64,000 nt of DNA from positions 3,348,001 to 3,412,000 of the forward strand of contig OZ024746.1 of NCBI GenBank assembly GCA_964016885.1, read 5' to 3'. Source of the DNA: Eledone cirrhosa. Taxonomy: Eukaryota. The translations under genes were made by a program, and so were the position numbers. This document shows positions 13,490 through 39,374 of the stretch, piece after piece. The stretch's first letter is position 1; every line of letters starts with the position of its first letter. A model generated the notes under the pieces. It searched no databases. It was given only the letters and a program-made list of their open reading frames with translations, and was not told the origin of the DNA.

Positions 13490-26346
<12,857 letters not shown>

Positions 26347-26404
26347 AAGTTGGGAGACATAAGAGTAAATGAAGAAATTTTAAAGAATTTTTCCTTTAAC
26401 TCTT

Positions 26405-27127
26405 TCAGTTCAATGAAGTATGCGAGAATGCTTGGGATTTTCGTCGAGAGAAGAGACACCAGCGATCCCGATAGCTCTGCTCTATAATTAGACTACTCAT
26501 AAGGGCTTTAGCATCATAGCCTGATGAAGAAGATAGTTGTGAATCCACCATTTCCCAGCCACAATTTTTTAGATATTCTCCAAGACGCAGACGGATATTG
26601 CTACCATTGAGCTCAATCTCAGCAAATTCCAATCCATTTTTAGTCTGTAATTTCTCCAAGGCTTCCATGCCAATAAGATGTGATGGCAAGGAGACAATGA
26701 TATCTTTACGCCCAGACAAAATAGTTTTGACCCGAGAATTATTTGTGGGCATAGTTGCTGTAGACCCAGTTCGTACTTCAATTATTTCAAGAAAAACACC
26801 ACCACTTTTGTCAGCAAGGTCATCGCGTAATTTACACAAGTCTTGAATTAAAGGTTTGATTTGGTAGAAATCTGCCTCAGTCAGTAGCAAGTCATACTCC
26901 TTGAAGTCCATTGGAAGGGAAAGCTTCTTAGACCGAAGAAAATTTAAGATATAACGGAACATGAACCCATCCCTATCAATGAAATAAAATCCACTTTTGT
27001 CAATTGTTGTAGGGTATGACCCACTGAACATTGTCCCAAGCATGGAATCGGCATATCGACAGAGCGTCGAGCGCGTTGTGGAGTAATGTGTGCCACCAAC
27101 ATTCAAGTTGACAATATCCTCGGCCAT
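26405..27127 (-). CDS. KCTD6: BTB/POZ domain-containing KCTD protein, KCTD6/KCTD21-like (Cullin3 adaptor family), 240 aa, single coding exon
   Basis: VNLNVGG...TTRSTLCRYADSMLGTMFSG...FIDRDGFMFRYILNFLR...LPMDFKEYDLLLTEADFYQI is a T1-type BTB domain, most like KCTD6 from memory. A splice acceptor (ttttctttgttatag) lies 38 nt upstream of the ATG. Exact orthology among KCTD6/11/21 is unresolved. Confidence 0.9.
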   Translation of the reverse strand: MAEDIVNLNVGGTHYSTTRSTLCRYADSMLGTMFSGSYPTTIDKSGFYFIDRDGFMFRYILNFLRSKKLSLPMDFKEYDLLLTEADFYQIKPLIQDLCKLRDDLADKSGGVFLEIIEVRTGSTATMPTNNSRVKTILSGRKDIIVSLPSHLIGMEALEKLQTKNGLEFAEIELNGSNIRLRLGEYLKNCGWEMVDSQLSSSSGYDAKALMSSLIIEQSYRDRWCLFSRRKSQAFSHTSLN

Positions 27128-27330
27128 ACCAACTACATCTGCAGCTACTCACACCAGGCCGGGCACTATAACAAAGAAAACAAGATTAAATGATGTTTTA
27201 CACAAAACATAATACATCAATCAATGATATATTATTTTAGAAATATCAACAAAAATATCAAAAGTATAAGGTATGATTGTTATTCAAATGAGTAACAAAC
27301 AGAACTCAGACCACATCTTCCCCAGAACCT

Positions 27331-27506
27331 TTTTACCTTTTTGTTACTATATTTCTAATGAAATACACAGCCTATATGTTTGAATTTATTTTGAAAATAT
27401 CAAAAAATTTGGAAGAATTTAATAAAATTATAATGGAAGGTTTTAATATTAAGTACAAACATTTAAAATAAAGGTAGTTTCAACTGGGTTGATATAAAAA
27501 GGGTTA
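27331..27506. mobile_element. Degenerate TTAA-type MITE
   Basis: ttaccttttgttactatatttctaatgaaa ... aaaaagggttaa. Confidence 0.55.
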
Positions 27507-27874
27507 AACCTTCTGTGATCACATTACTAATTACATACACTACCTAACAATAATCAAGAATTTGATGGCATTAAATAAAATAACTAGCTTTGTCATTATT
27601 AACTTTATGATATGACATAATTTAACAAAAAGTTCCAACATAAAATTATGTTGGAATGTTATAATTTAAATGTAAACATTTTAAAACAGAGGCATTTTAA
27701 AAGCTGACTTTTGATGAAATATTGATAGAAATGATTATTTGACAACAGTCATTTTCTGGTACTTATTTTATCAATGTTGGAAAGAAGAAAGGTGAAGACA
27801 ATCTCAATGAGGTTTGAATCCAGAATATAACCAAATGAGACACAGGTTTTTGTCTCACACTACAGATTCTACTA

Positions 27875-27939
<65 letters not shown>

Positions 27940-28811
27940 TGATAGTCTTCTACACAGTTTCAGTATCCAATTTCACTCCTGAAACTTTAATCAATATCAG
28001 GCTATCATAGGTGATATTTGACAATATGGTGCACAATGAGAACAAACCTAAGACCACATGATTGTGTAGCAAATTCTTTAACAACATGACAGTACTGCAC
28101 ATACAAACACATTCACACACATATAGTGCAGGTAATAAGGGTGTTTATCCGTGGAGGTAATGTTGTAATGCTGTGAGGATAAACCAGTTTAAGCAATCCA
28201 AAAGCACTTCATGTTAGGAGTGTATCCCCAACAGATGTTGGGCATTAGGGGTTACAGAGTTTCCATTTACGAAAGGTTGCATAAAATATATTACAGCCCT
28301 ATACAAGCAAGACATGGTCACCCGATCAATCTCGCCTCAAGTGGGACAATTCCTGTCTAACCCATGCTAGCATGGAAGATAGACGTTAAACGATGATGAT
28401 GATGATATTACAATGACATGGTTATGTAATGGATATATCATTACCAGTCTCCATATTTATTCTATCAAGCCGAGTGGGAAGTATAAGTTGATTCTGATGT
28501 AATTCTAAATTAACTCTTTCATTGCCATATTTCTAATGTAAAACACTGCCTATGATTTTCAAATAATTTTGAAAATAATCAAGAATTTTAAAAGATTTAG
28601 TAATATAACTTTCATCATCATCATCGTCGTTTTTACGTCCGCTTTTCCATGCTTACATAGGTTATCATTATTAAACTGTTGTTTGGAACATAAAGGTCCT
28701 TACATGAAATTATGATGGAAAGTTTTTGATAACACTTTGATAACACCCACAAGCTATTATTGATTATTGAAAAGCAGACAAATCATGAAGAAAATAGAAA
28801 ATATTCTTTAA

Positions 28812-29030
28812 ACCTTTCATGATTCCTAATTAAATACACTCTATTTTAATTAATTAATGAAATATTTTGAGGGATTTAGTAAAATTATTAATTATTTCAT
28901 TACAAAGGTAGTAACTTAATGTAAAGTTTTTATATAAAATTATGTTGGAAGATTTTAATTTAAATTGGAAACCTTTAAAATAGGTGGTTTTATTTCATAG
29001 AACCAGAACGGTTGGGTTGTAACTAAAGGG
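28812..29030. mobile_element. TTAA-flanked piggyBac-like MITE whose right end runs into the satellite
   Basis: ttaa|acctttcatga ... catagaaccagaacggttgggttgtaactaaaggg|ttaa; reverse-oriented homologue of 8047-8402. Confidence 0.75.
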
Positions 29031-32000
29031 TTAATGCTCTCTCTCCAGTAGGGTTGGTAACTAAAGGGTTAATGTTCTCTCTCCAGTAGGGTCGGTAACT
29101 AAAGGGTTAATGCTATCTCTCCAGTAGGGTCGGTAACTAAAGGGTTAATGCTATCTCTCCAGTAGGGTTGGTAACTAAAGGGTTAATGCTCTCTCTCCAG
29201 TAGGGTTGGTAACTAAAGGGTTAATGCTCTCTCTCCAGTAGGGTTGGTAACTAAAGGGTTAATGTTCTCTCTCCAGTAGGGTCGGTAACTAAAGGGTTAA
29301 TGCTATCTCTCCAGTAGGGTCGGTAACTAAAGGGTTAATGCTATCTCTCCAGTAGGGTTGGTAACTAAAGGGTTAATGCTCTCTCTCCAGTAGGGTTGGT
29401 AACTAAAGGGTTAATGCTATCTCTCCAGTAGGGTCGGTAACTAAAGGGTTAATGCTCTCTCTCCAGTAGGGTTGGTAACTAAAGGGTTAATGCTATCTCT
29501 CCAGTAGGGTCGGTAACTAAAGGGTTAATGCTCTCTCTCCAGTAGGGTCGGTAACTAAAGGGTTAATGCTCTCTCTCCAGTAGGGTTGGTAACTAAAGGG
29601 TTAATGCTCTCTCTCCAGTAGGGTTGGTAACTAAAGGGTTAATGCTATCTCTCCAGTAGGGTCGGTAACTAAAGGGTTAATGCTCTCTCTCCAGTAGGGT
29701 TGGTAACTAAAGGGTTAATGCTCTCTCTCCAGTAGGGTTGGTAACTAAAGGGTTAATGCTATCTCTCCAGTAGGGTTGGTAACTAAAGGGTTAATGCTTT
29801 CTCTCCAGTAGGGTTGGTAACTAAAGGGTTAATGCTATCTCTCCAGTAGGGTTGGTAACTAAAGGGTTAATGCTATCTCCAGTAGGGTTGGTAACTAAAG
29901 GGTTAATGCTATCTCTCCAGTAGGGTTGGTAACTAAAGGGTTAATGCTATCTCTCCAGTAGGGCTGGTAACTAAAGGGTTAATGCTCTCTCCAGTAGGGT
30001 TGGTAACTAAAGGGTTAATGCTATCTCTCCAGTAGGGTTGGTAACTAAAGGGTTAATGCTCTCTCCAGTAGGGTTGGTAACTAAAGGGTTAATGCTCTCT
30101 CCAGTAGGGTTGGTAACTAAAGGGTTAATGCTATCTCTCCAGTAGGGTTGGTAACTAAAGGGTTAATGCTCTCTCTCCAGTAGGGTTGGTAACTAAAGGG
30201 TTAATGCTATCTCCAGTAGGGTTGGTAACTAAAGGGTTAATGCTATCTCTCCAGTAGGGTTGGTAACTAAAGGGTTAATGCTATCTCTCCAGTAGGGTTG
30301 GTAACTAAAGGGTTAATGCTATCTCTCCAGTAGGGTTGGTAACTAAAGGGTTAATGCTATCTCTCCAGTAGGGTTGGTAACTAAAGGGTTAATGCTATCT
30401 CCAGTAGGGTTGGTAACTAAAGGGTTAATGCTATCTCTCCAGTAGGGTTGGTAACTAAAGGGTTAATGCTATCTCTCCAGTAGGGTTGGTAACTAAAGGG
30501 TTAATGCTCTCTCTCCAGTAGGGTTGGTAACTAAAGGGTTAATGCTATCTCCAGTAGGGTTGGTAACTAAAGGGTTAATGCTATCTCTCCAGTAGGGTTG
30601 GTAACTAAAGGGTTAATGCTATCTCTCCAGTAGGGTTGGTAACTAAAGGGTTAATGCTATCTCTCCAGTAGGGTTGGTAACTAAAGGGTTAATGCTCTCT
30701 CTCCTGTAGGGTTGGTAACTAAAGGGTTAATGCTATCTCCAGTAGGGTTGGTAACTAAAGGGTTAATGCTATCTCTCCAGTAGGGTTGGTAACTAAAGGG
30801 TTAATGCTTTCTCTCCAGTAGGGTTGGTAACTAAAGGGTTAATGCTCTCTCCAGTAGGGTTGGTAACTAAAGGGTTAATGCTCTCTCCAGTAGGGTTGGT
30901 AACTAAAGGGTTAATGCTCTCTCCAGTAGGGTTGGTAACTAAAGGGTTAATGCTCTCTCCAGTAGGGTTGGTAACTAAAGGGTTAATGCTCTCTCTCCAG
31001 TAGGGTTGGTAACTAAAGGGTTAATGCTTTCTCTCCAGTAGGGTTGGTAACTAAAGGGTTAATGCTCTCTCCAGTAGGGTTGGTAACTAAAGGGTTAATG
31101 CTCTCTCCAGTAGGGTTGGTAACTAAAGGGTTAATGCTCTCTCTCCAGTAGGGTTGGTAACTAAAGGGTTAATGCTCTCTCTCCAGTAGGGTTGGTAACT
31201 AAAGGGTTAATGCTATCTCTCCAGTAGGGTTGGTAACTAAAGGGTTAATGCTATCTCTCCAGTAGGGTTGGTAACTAAAGGGTTAATGCTCTCTCTCCAG
31301 TAGGGTTGGTAACTAAAGGGTTAATGCTCTCTCTCCAGTAGGGTTGGTAACTAAAGGGTTAATGCTCTCTCCAGTAGGGTTGGTAACTAAAGGGTTAATG
31401 CTATCTCTCCAGTAGGGTCGGTAACTAAAGGGTTAATGCTCTCTCTCCAGTAGGGTTGGTAACTAAAGGGTTAATGCTATCTCTCCAGTAGGGTTGGTAA
31501 CTAAAGGGTTAATGCTCTCTCTCCAGTAGGGTTGGTAACTAAAGGGTTAATGCTCTCTCCAGTAGGGTTGGTAACTAAAGGGTTAATGCTCTCTCCAGTA
31601 GGGTTGGTAACTAAAGGGTTAATGCTCTCTCCAGTAGGGTTGGTAACTAAAGGGTTAATGCTCTCTCTCCAGTAGGGTTGGTAACTAAAGGGTTAATGCT
31701 CTCTCTCCAGTAGGGTTGGTAACTAAAGGGTTAATGCTATCTCTCCAGTAGGGTCGGTAACTAAAGGGTTAATGCTCTCTCTCCAGTAGGGCTGGTAACT
31801 AAAGGGTTAATGCTATCTCTCCAGTAGGGTTGGTAACTAAAGGGTTAATGCTATCTCTCCAGTCGGGTTGGTAACTAAAGGGTTAATGCTCTCTCTCCAG
31901 TAGGGCTGGTAACTAAAGGGTTAATGCTATCTCTCCAGTAGGGCTGGTAACTAAAGGGTTAATGCTCTCTCTCCAGTAGGGTTGGTAACTAAAGGGTTAA

Positions 32001-35000
32001 TGCTATCTCTCCAGTCGGGTTGGTAACTAAAGGGTTAATGCTCTCTCTCCAGTAGGGCTGGTAACTAAAGGGTTAATGCTATCTCTCCAGTAGGGCTGGT
32101 AACTAAAGGGTTAATGCTCTCTCTCCAGTAGGGCTGGTAACTAAAGGGTTAATGCTATCTCTCCAGTAGGGCTGGTAACTAAAGGGTTAATGCTCTCTCT
32201 CCAGTAGGGTTGGTAACTAAAGGGTTAATGCTATCTCTCCAGTCGGGTTGGTAACTAAAGGGTTAATGCTCTCTCCAGTAGGGTTGGTAACTAAAGGGTT
32301 AATGCTATCTCTCCAGTAGGGTTGGTAACTAAAGGGTTAATGCTCTCTCTCCAGTAGGGCTGGTAACTAAAGGGTTAATGCTATCTCTCCAGTAGGGCTG
32401 GTAACTAAAGGGTTAATGCTCTCTCTCCAGTAGGGCTGGTAACTAAAGGGTTAATGCTATCTCTCCAGTAGGGCTGGTAACTAAAGGGTTAATGCTCTCT
32501 CTCCAGTAGGGCTGGTAACTAAAGGGCTAATGCTATCTCTCCAGTAGGGCTGGTAACTAAAGGGTTAATGCTCTCTCTCCAGTAGGGTTGGTAACTAAAG
32601 GGTTAATGCTATCTCTCCAGTCGGGTTGGTAACTAAAGGGTTAATGCTCTCTCCAGTAGGGTTGGTAACTAAAGGGTTAATGCTATCTCTCCAGTAGGGT
32701 TGGTAACTAAAGGGTTAATGCTATCTCTCCAGTAGGGTTGGTAACTAAAGGGTTAATGCTCTCTCCAGTAGGGTTGGTAACTAAAGGGTTAATGCTCTCT
32801 CTCCAGTAGGGTTGGTAACTAAAGGGTTAATGCTCTCTCTCCAGTAGGGTTGGTAACTAAAGGGTTAATGCTCTCTCCAGTAGGGTTGGTAACTAAAGGG
32901 TTAATGCTCTCTCCAGTAGGGTTGGTAACTAAAGGGTTAATGCTCTCTCTCCAGTAGGGTTGGTAACTAAAGGGTTAATGCTATCTCTCCAGTAGGGTTG
33001 GTAACTAAAGGGTTAATGCTCTCTCCAGTAGGGTTGGTAACTAAAGGGTTAATGCTATCTCTCCAGTAGGGTTGGTAACTAAAGGGTTAATGCTCTCTCT
33101 CCAGTAGGGTTGGTAACTAAAGGGTTAATGCTATCTCTCCAGTAGGGTTGGTAACTAAAGGGTTAATGCTATCTCTCCAGTAGGGCTGGTAACTAAAGGG
33201 TTAATGCTCTCTCCAGTAGGGTTGGTAACTAAAGGGTTAATGCTCTCTCCAGTAGGGTTGGTAACTAAAGGGTTAATGCTATCTCTCCAGTAGGGTTGGT
33301 AACTAAAGGGTTAATGCTCTCTCTCCAGTAGGGTTGGTAACTAAAGGGTTAATGCTATCTCTCCAGTAGGGTTGGTAACTAAAGGGTTAATGCTATCTCT
33401 CCAGTAGGGCTGGTAACTAAAGGGTTAATGCTCTCTCCAGTAGGGTTGGTAACTAAAGGGTTAATGCTATCTCTCCAGTAGGGCTGGTAACTAAAGGGTT
33501 AATGCTCTCTCTCCAGTAGGGTTGGTAACTAAAGGGTTAATGCTCTCACCAGTAGGGTTGGTAACTAAAGGGTTAATGCTATCTCTCCAGTAGGGTTGGT
33601 AACTAAAGGGTTAATGCTATCTCTCCAGTAGGGTTGGTAACTAAAGGGTTAATGCTCTCTCCAGTAGGGTTGGTAACTAAAGGGTTAATGCTCTCTCTCC
33701 AGTAGGGTTGGTAACTAAAGGGTTAATGCTATCTCTCCAGTAGGGTTGGTAACTAAAGGGTTAATGCTCTCTCTCCAGTAGGGTTGGTAACTAAAGGGTT
33801 AATGCTATCTCTCCAGTAGGGTTGGTAACTAAAGGGTTAATGCTATCTCTCCAGTAGGGCTGGTAACTAAAGGGTTAATGCTCTCTCCAGTAGGGTTGGT
33901 AACTAAAGGGTTAATGCTCTCTCCAGTAGGGTTGGTAACTAAAGGGTTAATGCTATCTCTCCAGTAGGGCTGGTAACTAAAGGGTTAATGCTATCTCTCC
34001 AGTAGGGTTGGTAACTAAAGGGTTAATGCTCTCTCTCCAGTAGGGTTGGTAACTAAAGGGTTAATGCTCTCTCTCCAGTAGGGTTGGTAACTAAAGGGTT
34101 AATGCTATCTCTCCAGTAGGGTTGGTAACTAAAGGGTTAATGCTATCTCTCCAGTAGGGCTGGTAACTAAAGGGTTAATGCTATCTCTCCAGTAGGGTTG
34201 GTAACTAAAGGGTTAATGCTCTCTCTCCAGTAGGGTTGGTAACTAAAGGGTTAATGCTATCTCTCCAGTAGGGTTGGTAACTAAAGGGTTAATGCTATCT
34301 CTCCAGTAGGGCTGGTAACTAAAGGGTTAATGCTATCTCTCCAGTAGGGTTGGTAACTAAAGGGTTAATGCTCTCTCTCCAGTAGGGTTGGTAACTAAAG
34401 GGTTAATGCTCTCTCTCCAGTAGGGTTGGTAACTAAAGGGTTAATGCTATCTCTCCAGTAGGGCTGGTAACTAAAGGGTTAATGCTCTCTCCAGTAGGGT
34501 TGGTAACTAAAGGGTTAATGCTCTCTCCAGTAGGGCTGGTAACTAAAGGGTTAATGCTCTCTCTCCAGTAGGGTTGGTAACTAAAGGGTTAATGCTATCT
34601 CTCCAGTAGGGTTGGTAACTAAAGGGTTAATGCTATCTCTCCAGTAGGGTTGGTAACTAAAGGGTTAATGCTATCTCTCCAGTAGGGTTGGTAACTAAAG
34701 GGTTAATGCTCTCTCTCCAGTAGGGTTGGTAACTAAAGGGTTAATGCTCTCTCTCCAGTAGGGTTGGTAACTAAAGGGTTAATGCTCTCTCCAGTAGGGT
34801 TGGTAACTAAAGGGTTAATGCTATCTCTCCAGTAGGGTTGGTAACTAAAGGGTTAATGCTCTCTCTCCAGTAGGGTTGGTAACTAAAGGGTTAATGCTAT
34901 CTCTCCAGTAGGGTTGGTAACTAAAGGGTTAATGCTATATCTCCAGTAGGGTTGGTAACTAAAGGGTTAATGCTCTCTCTCCAGTAGGGTTGGTAACTAA

Positions 35001-37997
35001 AGGGTTAATGCTCTCTCTCCAGTAGGATTGGTAACTAAAGGGTTAATGCTCTCTCTCCAGTAGGGTTGGTAACTAAAGGGTTAATGCTCTCTCCAGTAGG
35101 GTTGGTAACTAAAGGGTTAATGCTCTCTCTCCAGTAGGGTTGGTAACTAAAGGGTTAATGCTCTCTCCAGTAGGGTTGGTAACTAAAGGGTTAATGCTAT
35201 CTCTCCAGTAGGGTTGGTAACTAAAGGGTTAATGCTCTCTCTCCAGTAGGGTTGGTAACTAAAGGGTTAATGCTCTCTCTCCAGTAGGATTGGTAACTAA
35301 AGGGTTAATGCTCTCTCTCCAGTAGGGTTGGTAACTAAAGGGTTAATGCTCTCTCCAGTAGGGTTGGTAACTAAAGGGTTAATGCTATCTCTCCAGTAGG
35401 GTTGGTAACTAAAGGGTTAATGCTATCTCTCCAGTAGGGCTGGTAACTAAAGGGTTAATGCTATCTCTCCAGTAGGGTTGGTAACTAAAGGGTTAATGCT
35501 ATCTCTCCAGTAGGGTTGGTAACTAAAGGGTTAATGCTCTCTCTCCAGTAGGGTTGGTAACTAAAGGGTTAATGCTATCTCTCCAGTAGGGTTGGTAACT
35601 AAAGGGTTAATGCTATCTCTCCAGTAGGGCTGGTAACTAAAGGGTTAATGCTATCTCCAGTAGGGTTGGTAACTAAAGGGTTAATGCTATCTCTCCAGTA
35701 GGGTTGGCAACTAAAGGGTTAATGCTATCTCTCCAGTAGGGTTGGTAACTAAAGGGTTAATGCTCTCTCTCCAGTAGGGTTGGTAACTAAAGGGTTAATG
35801 CTATCTCTCCAGTAGGTTTGGTAACTAAAGGGTTAATGCTCTCTCTCCAGTAGGGTTGGTAACTAAAGGGTTAATGCTCTCTCCAGTAGGGTTGGTAACT
35901 AAAGGGTTAATGCTCTCTCTCCAGTAGGGTTGGTAACTAAAGGGTTAATGCTCTCTCCAGTAGGGTTGGTAACTAAAGGGTTAATGCTCTCTCTCCAGTA
36001 GGGTTGGTAACTAAAGGGTTAATGCTCTCTCCAGTAGGGTTGGTAACTAAAGGGTTAATGCTCTCTCTCCAGTAGGGTTGGTAACTAAAGGGTTAATGCT
36101 ATCTCTTCAGTAGGGTTGGTAACTAAAGGGTTAATGCTATCTCTCCAGTAGGGCTGGTAACTAAAGGGTTAATGCTATCTCCAGTAGGGTTGGTAACTAA
36201 AGGGTTAATGCTATCTCTCCAGTAGGGTTGGTAACTAAAGGGTTAATGCTATCTCTCCAGTAGGGTTGGTAACTAAAGGGTTAATGCTCTCTCTCCAGTA
36301 GGGTTGGTAACTAAAGGGTTAATGCTATCTCTCCAGTAGGGTTGGTAACTAAAGGGTTAATGCTCTCTCTCCAGTAGGGTTGGTAACTAAAGGGTTAATG
36401 CTATCTCTCCAGTAGGGTTGGTAACTAAAGGGTTAATGCTCTCTCTCCAGTAGGGTTGGTAACTAAAGGGTTAATGCTCTCTCTCCAGTAGGGTTGGTAA
36501 CTAAAGGGTTAATGCTTTCTCTCCAGTAGGGTTGGTAACTAAAGGGTTAATGCTATCTCTCCAGTAGGGTTGGTAACTAAAGGGTTAATGCTCTCTCCAG
36601 TCGGGTTGGTAACTAAAGGGTTAATGCTATCTCTCCAGTAGGGTTGGTAACTAAAGGGTTAATGCTCTCTCTCCAGTAGGGTTGGTAACTAAAGGGTTAA
36701 TGCTATCTCTCCAGTAGGGTTGGTAACTAAAGGGTTAATGCTCTCTCCAGTAGGGTTGGTAACTAAAGGGTTAATGCTCCCTCCAGTAGGGTTGGTAACT
36801 AAAGGGTTAATGCTCTCTCTCCAGTAGGGTTGGTAACTAAAGGGTTAATGCTCTCTCTCCAGTAGGGTTGGTAACTAAAGGGTTAATGCTATCTCCAGTA
36901 GGGTTGGTAACTAAAGGGTTAATGCTCTCTCTCCAGTAGGATTGGTAACTAAAGGGTTAATGCTCTCTCTCCAGTCGGGTTGGTAACTAAAGGGTTAATG
37001 CTATCTCTCCAGTAGGGTTGGTAACTAAAGGGTTAATGCTCTCTCCAGTAGGGTTGGTAACTAAAGGGTTAATGCTCTCTCCAGTAGGGTTGGTAACTAA
37101 AGGGTTAATGCTCTCTCTCCAGTAGGGTTGGTAACTAAAGGGTTAATGCTCTCTCTCCAGTACGGTTGGTAACTAAAGGGTTAATGCTATCTCCAGTAGG
37201 GTTGGTAACTAAAGGGTTAATGCTATCTCCAGTAGGGTTGGTAACTAAAGGGTTAATGCTATCTCCAGTAGGGTTGGTAACTAAAGGGTTAATGCTATCT
37301 CCAGTAGGGTTGGTAACTAAAGGGTTAATGCTATCTCTCCAGTAGGGTTGGTAACTAAAGGGTTAATGCTATCTCTCCAGTAGGGTTGGTAACTAAAGGG
37401 TTAATGCTCTCTCCAGTAGGGTTGGTAACTAAAGGGTTAATGCTCTCTCTCCAGTAGGGTTGGTAACTAAAGGGTTAATGCTCTCTCTCCAGTAGGGTTG
37501 GTAACTAAAGGGTTAATGCTCTCTCCAGTAGGGTTGGTAACTAAAGGGTTAATGCTCTCTCTCCAGTAGGGTTGGTAACTAAAGGGTTAATGCTCTCTCT
37601 CTCCAGTAGGGTTGGTAACTAAAGGGTTAATGCTCTCTCCAGTAGGGTTGGTAACTAAAGGGTTAATGCTCTCTCTCCAGTAGGGTTGGTAACTAAAGGG
37701 TTAATGCTATCTCCAGTAGGGTTGGTAACTAAAGGGTTAATGCTATCTCTCCAGTAGGGTTGGTAACTAAAGGGTTAATGCTCTCTCTCCAGTAGGGTTG
37801 GTAACTAAAGGGTTAATGCTCTCTCCAGTCGGGTTGGTAACTAAAGGGTTAATGCTCTCTCCAGTAGGGTTGGTAACTAAAGGGTTAATGCTCTCTCCAA
37901 TCGGGTTGGTAACTAAAGGGTTAATGCTCTCTCTCCAGTAGGGTTGGTAACTAAAGGGTTAATGCTCTCTCCAGTAGGGTTGGTAACTAAAGGTTAA
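29014..37997. repeat. ~9 kb tandem satellite with a 36/38-bp unit GGTTGGTAACTAAAGGGTTAATGCT(A/C)TCT(CT)CCAGTAG, roughly 240 copies, in a probable KCTD intron
   Basis: Directly visible head-to-tail repeats. Length variants come from the (CT)n stretch. Copy number was estimated as length divided by unit size. Confidence 0.98.
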
Positions 37998-38079
37998 ATG
38001 AATAGAGCCAATACTTGATAAACATTATTCTGTTTTAGCTAGAAACATATAAATATACAAACATATACACATGTATATA

Positions 38080-38392
38080 TATATCATCATCATTGTTTAA
38101 CGGCTATCTTCGATGCTAACATGGGTTAGGGGGGAGTTGTGCCACTTGAGGCAAGATTAATCAGGTGACCATGTCTTGCTCATATAGGACTGTATATACA
38201 GTACTATATATATATATCATCATCATCATCGTCCATCTTCCACGCTAGCATGGGTTGGAGGGGAGTTGTGCCACTTGAGGCAAGGTTGGTCGGGTGACCG
38301 TGTCTCGCAGGCTTTCTACGGCTGGATGCCCTTCCTAACACCAACCACATTTACATTGTGGAACTTTTTACTGTGTTACCTACACGGCTACA
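38080..38392 (-). mobile_element. Two tandem RTE-tail SINE fragments
   Basis: catcatc...cttc(g/c)a(t/c)gcta(a/g)catgggtt...gccacttgaggcaag occurs twice, followed by ggctggatgcccttcctaacaccaaccac. Confidence 0.7.
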
Positions 38393-39108
<716 letters not shown>

Positions 39109-39185
39109 ACGAAGGAAATGTGGTAAGGAACCAGGTGGACCATAACGCACCAAAGTACTCAATACTTAGGGTAGTAGAGTGGGTA

Positions 39186-39313
39186 ATAGGAACAAGTAAG
39201 ACCCCGATGGTTGAGCTCAAGCCGTTTCGACGGCTAATTCTGGACTAATTCTAGTCCAGAATTAGCTGTCGAAACGGCTTGAGCTCAGCCGTCGGGGTCC
39301 TACTCGTTCCTAT
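39186..39313. repeat. 62-bp-arm hairpin with a 4-nt loop, inside a ~200-bp insert between (TA)n tracts
   Basis: ataggaacaagtaagaccccgatggttgagctcaagccgtttcgacggctaattctggacta-attc-tagtccagaattagctgtcgaaacggcttgagctcagccgtcggggtcctactcgttcctat; 5 mismatches, all transitions. Confidence 0.92.
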
Positions 39314-39374
39314 ATTATATATATATATATTATATATATATATATATATATTTCTCTCTCTCTCTCTCATTGTC

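Noticed and set aside
26569-26846. Short ORFs overlapping the KCTD exon
   Set aside because: They are alternative-frame or antisense shadows of the real CDS.
29014-37997. CRISPR-like array of 36-38 bp repeats
   Set aside because: Units are directly adjacent with no unique spacers, there are no cas genes, and the context is eukaryotic.
29014-37997. Telomeric or interstitial (TTAGGG)n
   Set aside because: Only isolated TAGGGTT/AAGGGTT motifs occur inside a longer unit, and the MITE terminus explains most of the unit.
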